Below are positions 23,686 to 36,140 of a DNA stretch of 64,000 nt, piece after piece. A program made the position numbers and the translations under genes. The stretch's first letter is position 1, and every line of letters starts with the position of its first letter. Location: positions 86,988,001 to 87,052,000 of the forward strand of contig NW_024704743.1 in the NCBI RefSeq assembly GCF_018977255.1, given 5' to 3'. This DNA is from Callorhinchus milii. Taxonomy: Eukaryota. The notes beneath the pieces were generated by a model that did no database searches, was not told the origin of the DNA, and was given only the letters and a program-made list of their open reading frames with translations.

Positions 23686-25399
23686 GTAAATACATTTTGT
23701 AGAGAATAATAGATCTTTGTAAGTTAATTTCAATGCAGTAGTCAAGTTCTGAGCCAAGAGAGCAAAGATCAAGTCATTTACGATTGCCATCTAAACCCTG
23801 AGATTGGATTATTGCCTTAAATTCATGCTGATATACGAGATAACATATTTTCATTAAAACAATTTTTTTCTTCATTAAAAAAACCATGAAAACAGTGCAG
23901 TGGAAGTTTTGATATTCTTTGAATCAGGCCTACTGATATGTGATACTGAAGAAAAGGCTGCTACCAAATATATAATGTAACAACTGAAAGTGCATACAAC
24001 TACATAAAGTATATAGCTTTACCAGTGTTTTTTCAAGGGAGATTGGATGAAAACTTTATATAGTGTGACATATTCTAGTTTAAATAGTTGTAGTATGGGT
24101 AGATAATATTTAACACATAATTAGTAGTAGCATGAAACAGAGTGGGGTTTTGGACAGTACAGCTGCAAGGGATACAGAACAGCACAGAAGAGTTGAGTGT
24201 TTCCAGATGTTTGAGTCCTTGGCCACAAAATAGCTGGGAATATTCTAGGAACTTAAACCTATATCAATCTAAACAGTGCACTATTTATACACATTCTCAG
24301 GAGTAAGAGGTAGATGAAATAATGTAAGCATTCATTAAAGATATTGGAATTTGTTTAAACAGGAAAACGTATTGAGCAGTCCAGTATCATTGGAAGTAAT
24401 ACAGGGAATTGCCTTTGGCAGGAAGTGACCATGTACCAATAATTTGGCCACTAAAATGTAATAGTTTATTTTTTAGGAATTCCCTCGTTGAAAAAGGTTT
24501 GTTTTATTTTCAATTTTTTCCAATTTTCTTTTTTTTTAAAAATACAAAAAAATCATCTTAACCAGTAACTAAAATTAAGGCAGTAATCCAATCTCTTGGG
24601 TTGTATGATGAATATAATGTGTTCTTGTGTTTTGCTTTCTGTGGTTCAGGACTATATCTGCACTCCAAACCAAATAATGTTAAACGGGATAAAATAATAA
24701 TTCGATAGCGGAGCACTGCGCTGGTGCAAAATCTACCAGTTCCGCTAGTTTTAGATTCTACCCCCAAATTAATAAGACAAAGGACATAAATTTGTAAATG
24801 CTCTTGGCATCAACACAATACTGATCATGTGCACCCCAGCGCAAAATCTGCATTCTATTAAACAGTGTGATGTCAAGTGTGCTACAATTATGCATTTCAT
24901 TTCTAATTTAAATGCCATTGGAATTTTCCTTTCAGATTGATATGGAGAATTGGCTGCACACAATTCTGGTAAGACGGAGGCCATTTCCTCAGGTTATGTA
25001 TAATTTTAAAAGCAGTCTCTTAATGTTGCATAATGTTGGAAATTTTGGTCCAAAGAGAAGGAAACAAGCAGTCCTTTTGTTCACTTTTTTAAGAAGCAAA
25101 TCATTAAGAATAGTGGCTTCAGAATTCTACCAAACAAGGTGGTCTTATCAGCAGCATCTACTCAAAGCCCACCCAAAGCTAATTTTGCTGTAGAATGCAC
25201 TTTGCCAGAACACATTATAATAAAGCAGGTCATGTGGTGAGGCTGAGCAATGTTGCACAAATTGCATTAAAATCAAGTTTTATGCTGTCACAAAAACTGC
25301 TGCAGACAATATTTTACCCCACTACAAAATGGAAACTCTGTAAACAGTGATATTTCTTCAAATCTGTTTCTCTAATTCTTATTCATTGATTTAGGTGTC

Positions 25400-25685
25400 A
25401 GGCTAATTCAGTTGCCTCTCATTATGGGTTCAAGCCCCACATCAGGACTTTGAACTTGTGATCTAGGGCCGGCTAACACTCCTGTGCAGAGCTGGGTTGA
25501 TGGACATGCTGTCTTTTTGGATGAGACATTAAACCAAGGTCCCATCCGCCTGTGCACATGGATGTTAAAGATCCCGTGGCACTATCCAAAAAGAGAAGGG
25601 AGTATCTCTCTGATTCCTGGCCAACAATCCCAAAATAAAATTGGTTATTCATTTCATGATTGCTCCTAAGACATTGCTGTAAGCA
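25400..25685 (+). mobile_element. SINE family A
   Basis: GGGTTCAAGCCCCAC...GGATGAGACATTAAACCAAGGTCCC...GATGTTAAAGATCCCGTGGCAC. Confidence 0.85.
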
Positions 25686-25833
25686 AACCTAAACTAATCA
25701 GTGAAAATTAAGTCTAGCATTTAGGCTACACCTGAAAACAACAATTATGTCATGGAATTTGCAGTATTACCCCTCCTCACCATGGATAATCCACAATATC
25801 TATGATCCACGAATACTATCATAATAATATAAT

Positions 25834-26112
25834 AAATAATCCTTGCATTTGATATAATGCTTTTCACGTCTTCCAGACATCTCAAAGAATGTAATGTAAA
25901 GTGAATTGACTGTATATTTGTGCAGCTAATTGCACACAGCAGTGTCCTACAAACAGTCGTGGATTGAAGTGACCAATTTTTTATTATTTTTTTTCTGGAG
26001 GTATTATTATCAGACGTGTGGAGTAAGGAAACTTGCCCAAAGTTTCGCCCTGTTGAGAATCAAACCCAGGTCTCTCGCTTGCGAGGCGAGTGCTCTAACC
26101 ACTGAGCTACAA
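25834..26112 (-). mobile_element. SINE family B, head split by an L2 (remainder at 26758-26774)
   Basis: Ends TGCTCTAACCACTGAGCTACAA and resumes GAGCTACAAGGCTCCAC after the L2. Confidence 0.9.
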
Positions 26113-26757
26113 CAACAACAAAATTACATTTATAGAGCGCCTTTCACGTCGGGAGGACGTCTCAAGGTGCTGGACAGTCAGGGGTCAGGACCCGAACATG
26201 GGGGAGGGGTGGGGTACGGGTGAGGGATGGTAGAGAGGTAGGAGGGGGACTGAAGGCATGATCAAAGAGGAGAGTCTAGAGACCAGCCTTGAAGGAGACA
26301 AGGGAGGAAGCGAGGCAAAGGGACTGTGGGATAGAGTTCCAGAGTGTGGGGGCAGAGAGGCTGAAAGCCCGGCCACCGATGGTAGGGTGGGTAGGGCAGG
26401 AGACATGGAGCAGGCCGGAGCCCGCTGAATGGAGGGAGCGGGCAGGTTGGTAGAGAGTCAGCAGGTCAGAGAGGTAGGAGGCGGCCTTGATGGATGGCCA
26501 TGGATGGCTTTGAAAGTGAGGACGAGGATTTTGAATTGAATCCTCTGAGGGATGGGGAGCCAGTGGAATCGGGCGAGGGTGGGAGTGATGGGGTCACGGA
26601 GCCTGGTGCGTGAGAGTACATGAGCTGCAGAGCTTTGGATGATCGGCAGCTTGTGAAGGGAAGAGTTGGAAAGGCTGATGAGGAGGGAGTTTCCATAATC
26701 GAGGCTTGATGTGACAAATGTGTGGGTGAGGGTTTCGGCAGCCTGAGGGGTGAGGCA
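26113..26757 (-). mobile_element. 5'-truncated L2 LINE with 9-bp TSD
   Basis: (CAA)n tail; L2 ORF2 C-terminal region; GAGCTACAA at 26104-26112 and 26758-26766. Confidence 0.92.
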
Positions 26758-29332
26758 GAGCTACAAGGCTCCACATGGGGATGTGTCATACATAGACTAG
26801 AAGCATCTCATATTGGAGGATCAATTGTGAGCTGTTATCCCAATTTATTGTTGTGTAATTGTCAGTAGTTACAATGCACCAATAGTAGTAATCGGGAGCT
26901 GCAATCCAACTGCTCACTTGGTCAAGGTCAGTAAGTGGTAAGAATGGTTTGTAATTCGGGGAGAGCAAAAAAAAAGGATTAAGTCTGCAAAAACATACTG
27001 CTATTATTTTCATTTGAATAATACATGAGCACACATCCGGAACTGGGAGGAAAAGACATTTACAGAGGTAAGTCATGCAGTCCATTGTCTTTGCGCTGGA
27101 TTAAGTGCGGAGATGGAAATATAAAATGGAAGAGAGATTGAAGATGAGGGTATTAGTCAAAAAGAGGTGCCAAAGTAATGAATGAGACAAAAGCATGATT
27201 GTAGCATGAAGCAGGAGTCTGGAAAAAAGTCACATTTCCAGAAAGTTATTTTTGATCAGTTTTGACCAACTAATATTTGTTCAAATGAGCAACAAATAGA
27301 CAGAGATGACTCACAATTTCCCAGTTTGCTGTTCCGCTGTTTCCGGGAAGGAAAACATTTTAAAGGAGGGAAACATTTTAAAAGAGATTTAACTGAATAT
27401 TAACCTATTGAAAACAAGACATCATTTCAGCTATTACAATTTACTCATTCATCTTTCACATGTTTTTCTCAACTTGGTACCACATCATTTGAAAAATGTT
27501 TCTACTTCCTCAGTTATGCCCCACCTCAAAGTGGAAAAACAGAAAGACTAGTGAACGCAAATGAAATGTACAACTCAGATGAAATTTAAGATCCAAATGC
27601 AAGCTTTCATTCGCATGCAAATTACGGAATTTTATACTTAAAACACTGCAACACTATGCCAAACTGTTAGACTCAATTCATTTTTATCATGGACCCAAAA
27701 TTAAGAATCCAACTTCTTACTTGTTTGAATTTCTAATGCAACCACTAAGTGTATTCCCACACAATGTGAAATCTGCTTTCATTTCTTGTGCTAAAATGCA
27801 GATGTAGATTGTGGTGGTACACCATTGTGCAATAACAATCTACACACATGTGCAAAGGGCAAAAATTGCTTTCCAAAATGATAAGGACACAGGCCTAGAT
27901 TTTTTGTTTTGATAATAGCTTTTCAGTGGATTTTATTATGGAGGTAACTGATTATGTGATAAAATAGCACATGCTGTAATTTCAGCCAGTTTGAGTTTCC
28001 ACTTAACATCAATTACCAGTAGAGATTAGGGGAGAGATATAAACAGGTACAGTACATTGGGTGTTAACACTACTTTGCAGGAGACAAATATGATAAAAAA
28101 AACAATTTGTCTTACAGGGAAAGTAAATTCAGCAAAATTATTTATTTTAAATAGGTTTGTTGGAAATCACATTTTATTACCAAGAGATTTAGATTACATT
28201 AAAGTTCTTGTTGGAATGCTGTGTGTCTTTTATTTGTCCTGCTTACCCATACCTTCCCTTTTGGTTGTCAGTTTGGTCTCTGGCATGTGCAGAAATCCAT
28301 CACCATTATTGCAAGTTAATCACCTTAATCAGCTTGGCCAAGGCACCTGACAATATGTTGCATGTATTGTTAATCACAAGATGATTTGGGCAAGGCTAAA
28401 AGAAATAGCTCACTATATATTTGCCTTGGCTCTTTTCTATATATAGCCCTTGGCAACCCAATGGCCGCCACACCCCTGCAATCAGGCTGGGATAGAGCAT
28501 TTTTATTTGGGTATTTGGCAGTTATCACCAGAAGTGGAAAATCCTAACATTGGATAAGAACAGAGTTGTTAAAAGGCAACACTGGGTCAAAATCATTCCA
28601 CAGACTTTCAATGGGAATGTACAGTCAAAAATCAAGCTTTTGGCATGTCGAAGACAAGACGTTTCTCCAAAGACAAGAATCATTTTTAAAATCACAAGAA
28701 CTGATTCTTTGTCTTGCACTGGTGGCAGCCTAATGTCTCTGCTTTATTGAGACTGACATGACATATCTCTTGCCTTGGCCATTCGTAAAAGTTCATAAGA
28801 GCCTTTTAAAGGTATAATTTCCCTACAAATTGATTTTTTTGTATAAAATTTGATATTACCGCAGATCACCGTAAATCCAAACCACTCATGGGAAATGCCT
28901 TTGGTTCAGATTTAATGTTCTCCACATTTGCGATAAAACCATTTCCCTCCTCCCTAAAATGCACATATACATGCAATTTCATGTGAATCAATTCTTACAG
29001 AATTTCCGATTGATCCTGCAACACCAGTTAAAATTGGTTAATGAGTATCACTTTACACACTCAAAGGTGCATTTGCCACCATTTCATCCACAAAAACAAC
29101 TGGCATGTAACTGGCACTGGATAAACATATGAGAGAAACTTGGTTTTCTTTTTTTAGCTGCTTCAGACTATTTGAGTTTGAATTTAGAACATTTTGCTGC
29201 ATTTAGTTATTTTCACAACAATCTCAAAGTCACTTTATGTTGTACAAGATTAAGTGTCAATCATTGTTTTGACTTAATCATTGTCATGCATTTGACAGTC
29301 TGTGATCTGAATGGCTTTATCTCTACAATACC

Positions 29333-31522
29333 TCATAGAATCATAGAATCATAGAATTGTACAGCACAAAAAGCGGCCATTCGGCCCATCGAGTTTGCGC
29401 CGGCTCTTTGAATAGAGCAATTGATGTCAGTCCCACTCCCCAGCCCTTTCCCCATAACCCTGCAAACCGGTCCTTCTCAAATACCCGTCCACCGTGTTTT
29501 TAAAAGTAGTTATCGAATTGGCCTCGACCACCCTTTCAGGCAATGCGTTCCAGATTCGAACAACTTGTTGCGTGAAACAATGTTTTCTCACCTCCCCTCT
29601 GCTTCTTTTAGATACTATTTTGAATCTGTGACCTCGAGTCACCGACACACCCACCAGTGGAAACAGTTTTTCCCTTTCTAACCTATCAAATCCCCTCATG
29701 ATTTTGAAGACCTTTATTAGGTCTCCTCGTAACCTTCTCTGCTACAATGAGAATAATCCCAGCCTCTCTAGCCTTTCCTCATAATCAAGGTCCCTCATTC
29801 CTGGTACCATCCTTGTAAATATTCTCTGCACCCTTTCCAATGCCTTAACATCCTTCCTATAGTGTGGTGCCCAGAACTGGGCACAGTATTCTAACTGAGG
29901 CCTAACCAGTGTTTTATATAAGTTAATCATAACCTCCTGACTTCTGTAAACTATTTATAAAGCCTAATATCCCATATGCCCTTTTTACAGCTTTATCTAC
30001 CTGTCCTGCCACCTTCAAGGATTCATTTACCTGAACCCCAAGGTCTCTCTGTTCTTTTAACCCCTTAAGATTGTATTACCAGCCTATATTGCCTCCCCTC
30101 ATTCTTTCTTCCAAAATGCATTACCTCGCATTTCTCCAGATTGAAATTCATCTGCCATGTGTCTGCCCATTTTACCATTCTGTCTATGTCTTCCTGTAGT
30201 TGGTTACTATCCTTCTCACTGTTTACCACCCTACCTAACTTTGTGTCGTCTGCAAACTTGGAAATGGTACTTGCTATACCCAAGTCCAGATCATTTATGT
30301 ATATTAAGAAGAGCAGTGGTCCTAATACCAATCCCTGGAGGACACCACTGTACACATCCCTCCAGTCAGAAAAGCAGTCGTTCACTACAACTCTCTGCTT
30401 TCTGTCTCCCAGCCAGTTCTGGATCCATGCTGCCACTGTCCCTTTTATATCATGGGCTTCCATCTTTCTTACAAGTCTTTCATGTGGCACTTTGTCAAAT
30501 GCCTTTTGAAAATCCATATAAACTACATCAACTGCACTACCTTCATCCACCCTCTCCGTTACCTCACGAAAAATTCTATTAGATTTGTTAGACAAGATTT
30601 GCATTTAACAAATCCATGTTGGCTGACGCTAATTAACCCATATTCTTCTAAGTGAAGATTTATTCTGTCCTGGATTATAGTCTCCAGGAGTTTCCCCATT
30701 ACTGATGTTAGGCTGTAGTTCCCAGGTTTGTCCTTTTGTCCCTTTTTGTACAGGAGAGTCACATTGGCCACTCTCCAGTCCTCTGGCACCACTCCTGTGT
30801 CCAATGAAGATTGAAAAATTGTAGCCAAAGCCTCCGCTATTTGTACCCTTGCCTCCCATGGTAACCTTGGTTGCATCTTTTTTTCTTGATATGTTTGTAA
30901 ACTATTTTAGAATTCCCTTTAATGTTACCCGCTAACCTTTTCTCGTAAAATCTTTTAGCCCCTCTTATTTCCTTTTTCAAACCTCTTCTGCACTTCCTAT
31001 ATTCTATTTGGTTGTCTTCTGTATGGGTTTGACATTTGTCATACGCCTCCTTTTCTGCTTCATTCTAGATACAATTACCTTCGTCATCCATGGAGGTTTG
31101 GAAGCCCTACTTTTCCCTTTTGTGAGAATGTATTTATTCTGTCCCTGAGCAAACTCATCCTTGAAGACTTCCCACTGCTCTTTAGTTGTTTTACTTGCCA
31201 ATCTTTCTTTCCAGTCCACCTTGGCTAGATCCCTTTTTAACTCACTGAAATTTGCCCTCTTCCAGTTGAGTATCTTCACCTTAGATGGTTCCTTGTCTCT
31301 TTCCATATGCACTCTGAATCTAATGATATTATGATCACTATTGCCTAGATGCTCTCCCACTGAAACCTGCTCCACGTGCCCTACTTTACTCCCCAGAACT
31401 AGATCTAGCACTGCTTCCTTCCTTGTTGGGCTGGAAACGTACTGATCAAGAAACTTGTCCTGTATGCATTTTAGGAATATTTCCCCCTCCTTGCCCTTTG
31501 CGCTGTTGTTTTGCCAGGGATT
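29333..31522 (-). mobile_element. CR1 LINE, 5'-truncated, broken APE endonuclease + RT, internal deletion near 30880
   Basis: (ATTCTATG)n tail; RT motifs VVYMDFQKAFDKVPH, QGLVLGPLLFLIYINDL, KFADDTKL; endonuclease PTRKEAVLDLVL, LGNSDHN; C-terminal RPQLEYC, TRGH. Confidence 0.95.
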
Positions 31523-31524
31523 AC

Positions 31525-31650
31525 AAAGCACAATTTCAGGACAGGAACCAGAAAGTACTTTTTTTACCCACAGAGTAATTAACAACTGGAATAGTTTACT
31601 AGGACACTGGACTTATTTAAGTAAACAGCCTGATGCTGTGATTAGAGGAT
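31525..31650 (+). mobile_element. Old CR1 3' fragment
   Basis: TTTCAGGACAG...TTTTACCCACAGAGTAATTAACAACTGGAA...TGATGCTGTGAT, like 42700-42830. Confidence 0.65.
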
Positions 31651-31654
31651 GCTT

Positions 31655-33287
31655 CATACAATCATAGAATCATAAAATTATACAGCACAGAAGGAGGCCT
31701 TTTGGCCCATCATGTCTGTGTCAGCTCTATCCAACTCAATCCCACTCCCCCGTTCTCCCCCCCCCTATAGCCCTGCAAACTTATCCTCCCCAAATAATTA
31801 TCTACTTCTCTCTTAAAAGTTGTTATCGAATCAACTTCCACCACCCTTTCAGGCAATGCATTCCAGATCTGAACAATTCGCGGTGTGAAAAAAATTCTCC
31901 TCACCTCTGTTTCTTTTAACAACTATTTTAAATCAGTATCCTCAGGTTACCAACCCACTCGCCAGTGGAAATAATTTCTCCTTGTTCACCCTATTGAATC
32001 CCCTCATACTTTTTTTATTAAGTCTCCTCTTAACCTTCTCTGCTCAAGGAAAATATTCCTAGCTTCTCTTGTCTCTCCTGATAACTGAAGTCCCTCATTC
32101 CTGGTACCATCCTGGTAAATCTCCTTTGCACCCTCTCCAATGCCTTGACATCCTTCCTGAAGTGTGGTACTCAGAACTGAACACAATACTCTAGCTGAGG
32201 TCAAACCAGTGTTTTATAAAGGTTCATAATAAATTCCTGACTTTTGTATTCTATGCCTCTATTTATAAAGCCTAGTATTTACATGCTTTTTTAACAGCTT
32301 TATCTACCTGTCCTGCCACCGTCAAAGATTTACTTATATGAACTCCCAGGTCTCTCTGTTCCTTCACTCTCTTTAAGATTGTACCATCAGCTTATATTGC
32401 CTCTCCTCATTCTTCCTCCCAAAATACATCACTTCATATTTCTCCACATTAAACTTCATCTGCCACGTGTCTGCCCATTTTATCAGTCTGCTTATGTCCA
32501 TTTGCAGTCTGCTACAAGCCTCCTCACTGTTTATTACATTTCCTAGCTTAGTATCATCTGCAAACTTGGAAATTGGGTACTCCCTATACCCAAGTCCAGG
32601 TCATTTATATAGATCAAAAACAGCAGTGGTCCCAATACTGACACCTGGAGGACACCACTGCACACTTCTTTCCTGTCAGAAAAACAACCGTTCACACCAC
32701 TCTCTGCTTTCTGTCTCCCAGACAGTTCTGTATCCATGCTGTCACTGTCCCTTGAATACCGTGGGCTTCTATTTTGCTTACAAGTCTCTTATGTGGCACT
32801 TTATCAAACACCTTTTGAAAATCCATATAAACTACATCAACTGCACTACCTTCATCCAACATTTCCGTTACTTCATCAAAAAACTCTATCAGGTTCATTA
32901 GACATGATTTGCCTTCAACAAATCTGTGTGGGCTGTCCTTTATTAACCCATATTTTTCAAAGTTAAACTTTATTTTGTCCAGGATAATAGTCTCTTGAAG
33001 TTTCCCCACTACTGACGTTAGGCTGATTGGCTTGTAGTTCCCGGGTTTATTATTCTGCCCCTTTTTGTGCAGGGGAGTATCATTTGCAACCCTCCAGTCC
33101 TCTGGCACCACCCTGGTGTCCAGGAGAATTGAAAGATTGTGGCCAGAGCTCCGTTATTTCCACCCTTACTTCCCTCATTAACCTAGGATGCATCCCATCC
33201 AAACCGGGTGATTTATCTACCTTGAGCACAGACAACCTTTTTAGTAACTCCTCTCAGTTTATTCTTATCTTATCAAATGTCTCTACC
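31655..33287 (-). mobile_element. CR1 LINE, 5'-truncated, broken RT
   Basis: CATAGAAT-type tail; VPEDWRVAN..., PGNYKPISLTSVVGKL, YMDFQKVFDKVPH, VLGPLLFLIYINDL; several frameshifts. Confidence 0.95.
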
Positions 33288-33489
33288 CTTTGTTTTGCAT
33301 CATTAACACCTCTTTAACCCATCATCCCCTCCTCTACCCCATTTTCTCCTTTGTCTTCCTTGCCCTGCCTCTCCCCTCTCTGTTAGCCCTTAAAAGCCTC
33401 TCCCTCCCAACATGCGTCAGTTCTGACGAAGGGTTGTGGACCCGAAACATTGACTCATTTTCCTTTTTCTATAGATGCTGCCTGACCTG
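33286..33489 (+). mobile_element. Penelope-like 3' terminal fragment
   Basis: Closely matches 10858-11060 and the reverse complement of 9780-9965. Confidence 0.9.
33419..33455 (+). ncRNA. Minimal hammerhead ribozyme motif
   Basis: AGTT CTGACGA A GGGT tgtgg ACCC GAAA CAT T GACT: perfect 4-bp stem II and intact core; ACGT has become ACAT (CpG-type change). Confidence 0.7.
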
Positions 33490-34249
33490 GATGTGATTTA
33501 GTAAAATGGCTAAATAATCTCAGCTGGTTGAATGATTTACGTCTGCTTCATCAGCCCTGTGAGCAATTATATTTCCAAGTTTCTTCCATATTCCAGAGCA
33601 TGATGATTCAGCAACTTTGCAGTCAACTATGTGCAACTACATACAAAAAATCATTGACGCTTTCCTAATAAGAGTCTTCCAAGATGTTAGTCTTCAAAAT
33701 GTATAGCAGCAGATAGCCACATAGGAAATGTCCTGTTCCATAACCAGATTTCTAAATGTTGTTCACCCCACTTGTATGGCAATACCATCAGCAAACAATA
33801 CGATAATAATTATTAGAGTAGATCCATGGAGCAGGTGTCAGATGCGATAGAGACACAGTGAAATATTGTTGAAATCACACGTGAAATATTGGGTTAGTCT
33901 CTGTGGTACTTTGGCAGGAAAGCATGTATTCTGGTCTTAACTGGTCAGTACATTTGCTGACCTTTAGCAATGTGTGCTTATGGGAACACTCATTATAAAC
34001 GCACACTGCCAAACATTGATACATTTATGAGCTTGTGGAAAATAACTCTGCCTCCATATGAGCAATTTTGGCCAGCATCTTATAAAAAGAGGAAAAAGGA
34101 ATGCAACTGGGTGTTTAAATCAATGAGCACAGACTGGGTAAACTAAACTTGTTCATCTGCAGAGAAAGGAGGACAGGATATCTTAACCAATTTTTAAATT
34201 CATATAAAAACAATTGGTAGATTTGATGTGCAGAATTTCACAATGTAAA

Positions 34250-34420
34250 GAATAATCCTTGCATCTTTTACATTGGTAGGACATCGCAAAGCAGTTCAGA
34301 GTGTAGTGACTGTATTTTCTGGATGAACTTGGCAACACATTTGTCAACAGCCATGAAGTGAACGACCCTTTTTTTTTCTGGGGATTAGTGGCCGAGACAC
34401 TGGGAGAATCTCCTTTCATC
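34250..34420 (-). mobile_element. Decayed Deu-type SINE 3' part
   Basis: ATAATCCTTGCAT...GTGTAGTGACTGTATTT...ACAGCCATGAAGTGAACGACC. Confidence 0.65.
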
Positions 34421-34636
34421 ATGGTGAAGCAGAATAGAACAATGGACCATGATATCAGGTAAGGAAACATTAATTCTGTAATTGGACAGCACTTCTAGTC
34501 ATCATAAAACTTACAGGAAAAAATACCTAAGGATCAGCAGAGGCACACGGCACAAAATGGTCAACTAGAGGGAAGGGCAGTAAATAAATAATTGAAATAA
34601 CAACTTCCTTGGAAGATGTTTCTCCAAGTATAAATA

Positions 34637-35596
34637 AGACCATAAGACGTAGGAGCAGAAGTAGGTCATTCGGTCCCTCGAGCCTGCCCCGCCATTCAAT
34701 AAGATCATGGCTGATCTACTAACCTAGTTCCATTTACCTGCCCTATTCCCATAACCCTTAATCCCTCTATCCTTTAGAAATCTATCAACCTCAGTCTTGA
34801 ATATGTTCAAGGACTGAGCATCCACAGCCTTCGGGGTAGAGAATTCCACAAATTCACTCCCCTCTGAGTGAAGAAATATTTCCTCAACTCAGTTCGAAAA
34901 GGCTGACCCTTAATCTTGAGACTGTGACCCCTAGTTTTAGATCCTCTAACCAGGGGAAACAGTTTCACGGCATCTACTCTGTCAAGACCCTTATGAATTT
35001 TATAGGTTTCTATAAGATCACCTCTAATTCTTCTATATTCTAGAGAATATAGGCCTAGTTTACTCAACCTATCCTCATAGATCAACCCCCTCATCCTCAC
35101 AGCTTACTCTTCCACCTATCTTCGTATCGTCCGCGAATTTAGATATGTTAAGTTCTATTTCCTCATCTAAATCATTGACTTTGACTGTAAATAATTGAGG
35201 TCCAAGCACTGATCCTTGTGACACTCCACTAGTCACATCCTGCCATTCTGAGAAGGACCCGTTTATCCCTACTATCTGTTTTCTTCCTGTTAACCACTCT
35301 CCAATCCATGCTAATATATTACCTTTAATTCCATGGGCTCTAACCTTATGCAACAGCCTTTTATGTGGCACCTTGTCGAATGCCTTCTGGAAATCCAAAT
35401 ACACCACATCTACTGGTTCCCCCCTAACTAACTTTCTAGTTACATCCTCAAAAATCTCTATAAGATTTGTTAAACACGATTTCCCTTTCGTAAAGCCATG
35501 TTGACTCTGCCTAATCATGTTATGATTTTCGAAGTACTCCACGACGACATCCCTCATTAAGGACTCTAGAATTTTCCCTACTACCAGTGTCAGACG
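34637..35596 (-). mobile_element. CR1 LINE (different subfamily), 5'-truncated, internal deletion at ~35095
   Basis: CATAAGAC tail; QHGFTKGKSCLTNL, YLDFQKAFDKVPH, QGSVLGP, KFADDTK joined directly to RGLIYEDRLSKLGLYSLE...TRGH. Confidence 0.95.
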
Positions 35597-35859
35597 ATGT
35601 ATAATTTATTAAATTTGCTGCTTTCTATTCGGCTACCACTTTGGAAAGACTAAAAAATATGCATATTGTGCACAGAATTTGAAAACCAAATCTATTCTAT
35701 CCAACTGTATAAAGCAAAGCAGTTGCACTGAAAATATTGTTATTCAGTGGATTGGTGATATTAATTTGGTTTGCTAACCAAAAACACAAACGTCTCCAAA
35801 TTGAAATTCACAAAGTCTTGCTTCAATACAATGGCTATTTTTTTGCTAAACATTCAAAA

Positions 35860-36140
35860 GGAAGCGGTTTGCAATAAAAGTCAAGTCATCTTTGCAGTGA
35901 ATGCAAATACAACTTTGTGAAGATTTTGCTTACACGCACTTTTACAGGGAGCTGCAAACACTGGTATCCGACCGGTCTGATGAAAATAAATGGTGAAGTA
36001 GCCCTGTGTATTACATTTTTAAATAACTGGTAATTGACAATAAAATGCCGCATTATCAGATTTAAATTATGAATGAGCAACCAGGACACAGAGAAGCATG
36101 AGAATAGAAGAGATGGTGCTACAATACATGGAGTCATTTT
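35860..36140. promoter_or_regulatory. Putative conserved non-coding element
   Basis: Unique sequence, retained CpGs, octamer at 35901, TAATTG and CAATAAAA motifs. Conservation untested. Confidence 0.33.

Noticed and set aside
29427..35557. Longest ORFs (193, 179, 160, 139 aa) as functional genes
   Set aside because: They are frameshifted, deleted pieces of CR1 ORF2; the overlapping + strand ORFs are their antisense shadows.
35977..35983. Other CTGATGA hits as hammerheads (also 55344, 63781)
   Set aside because: No stem II followed by GAAA and no closing stem I.
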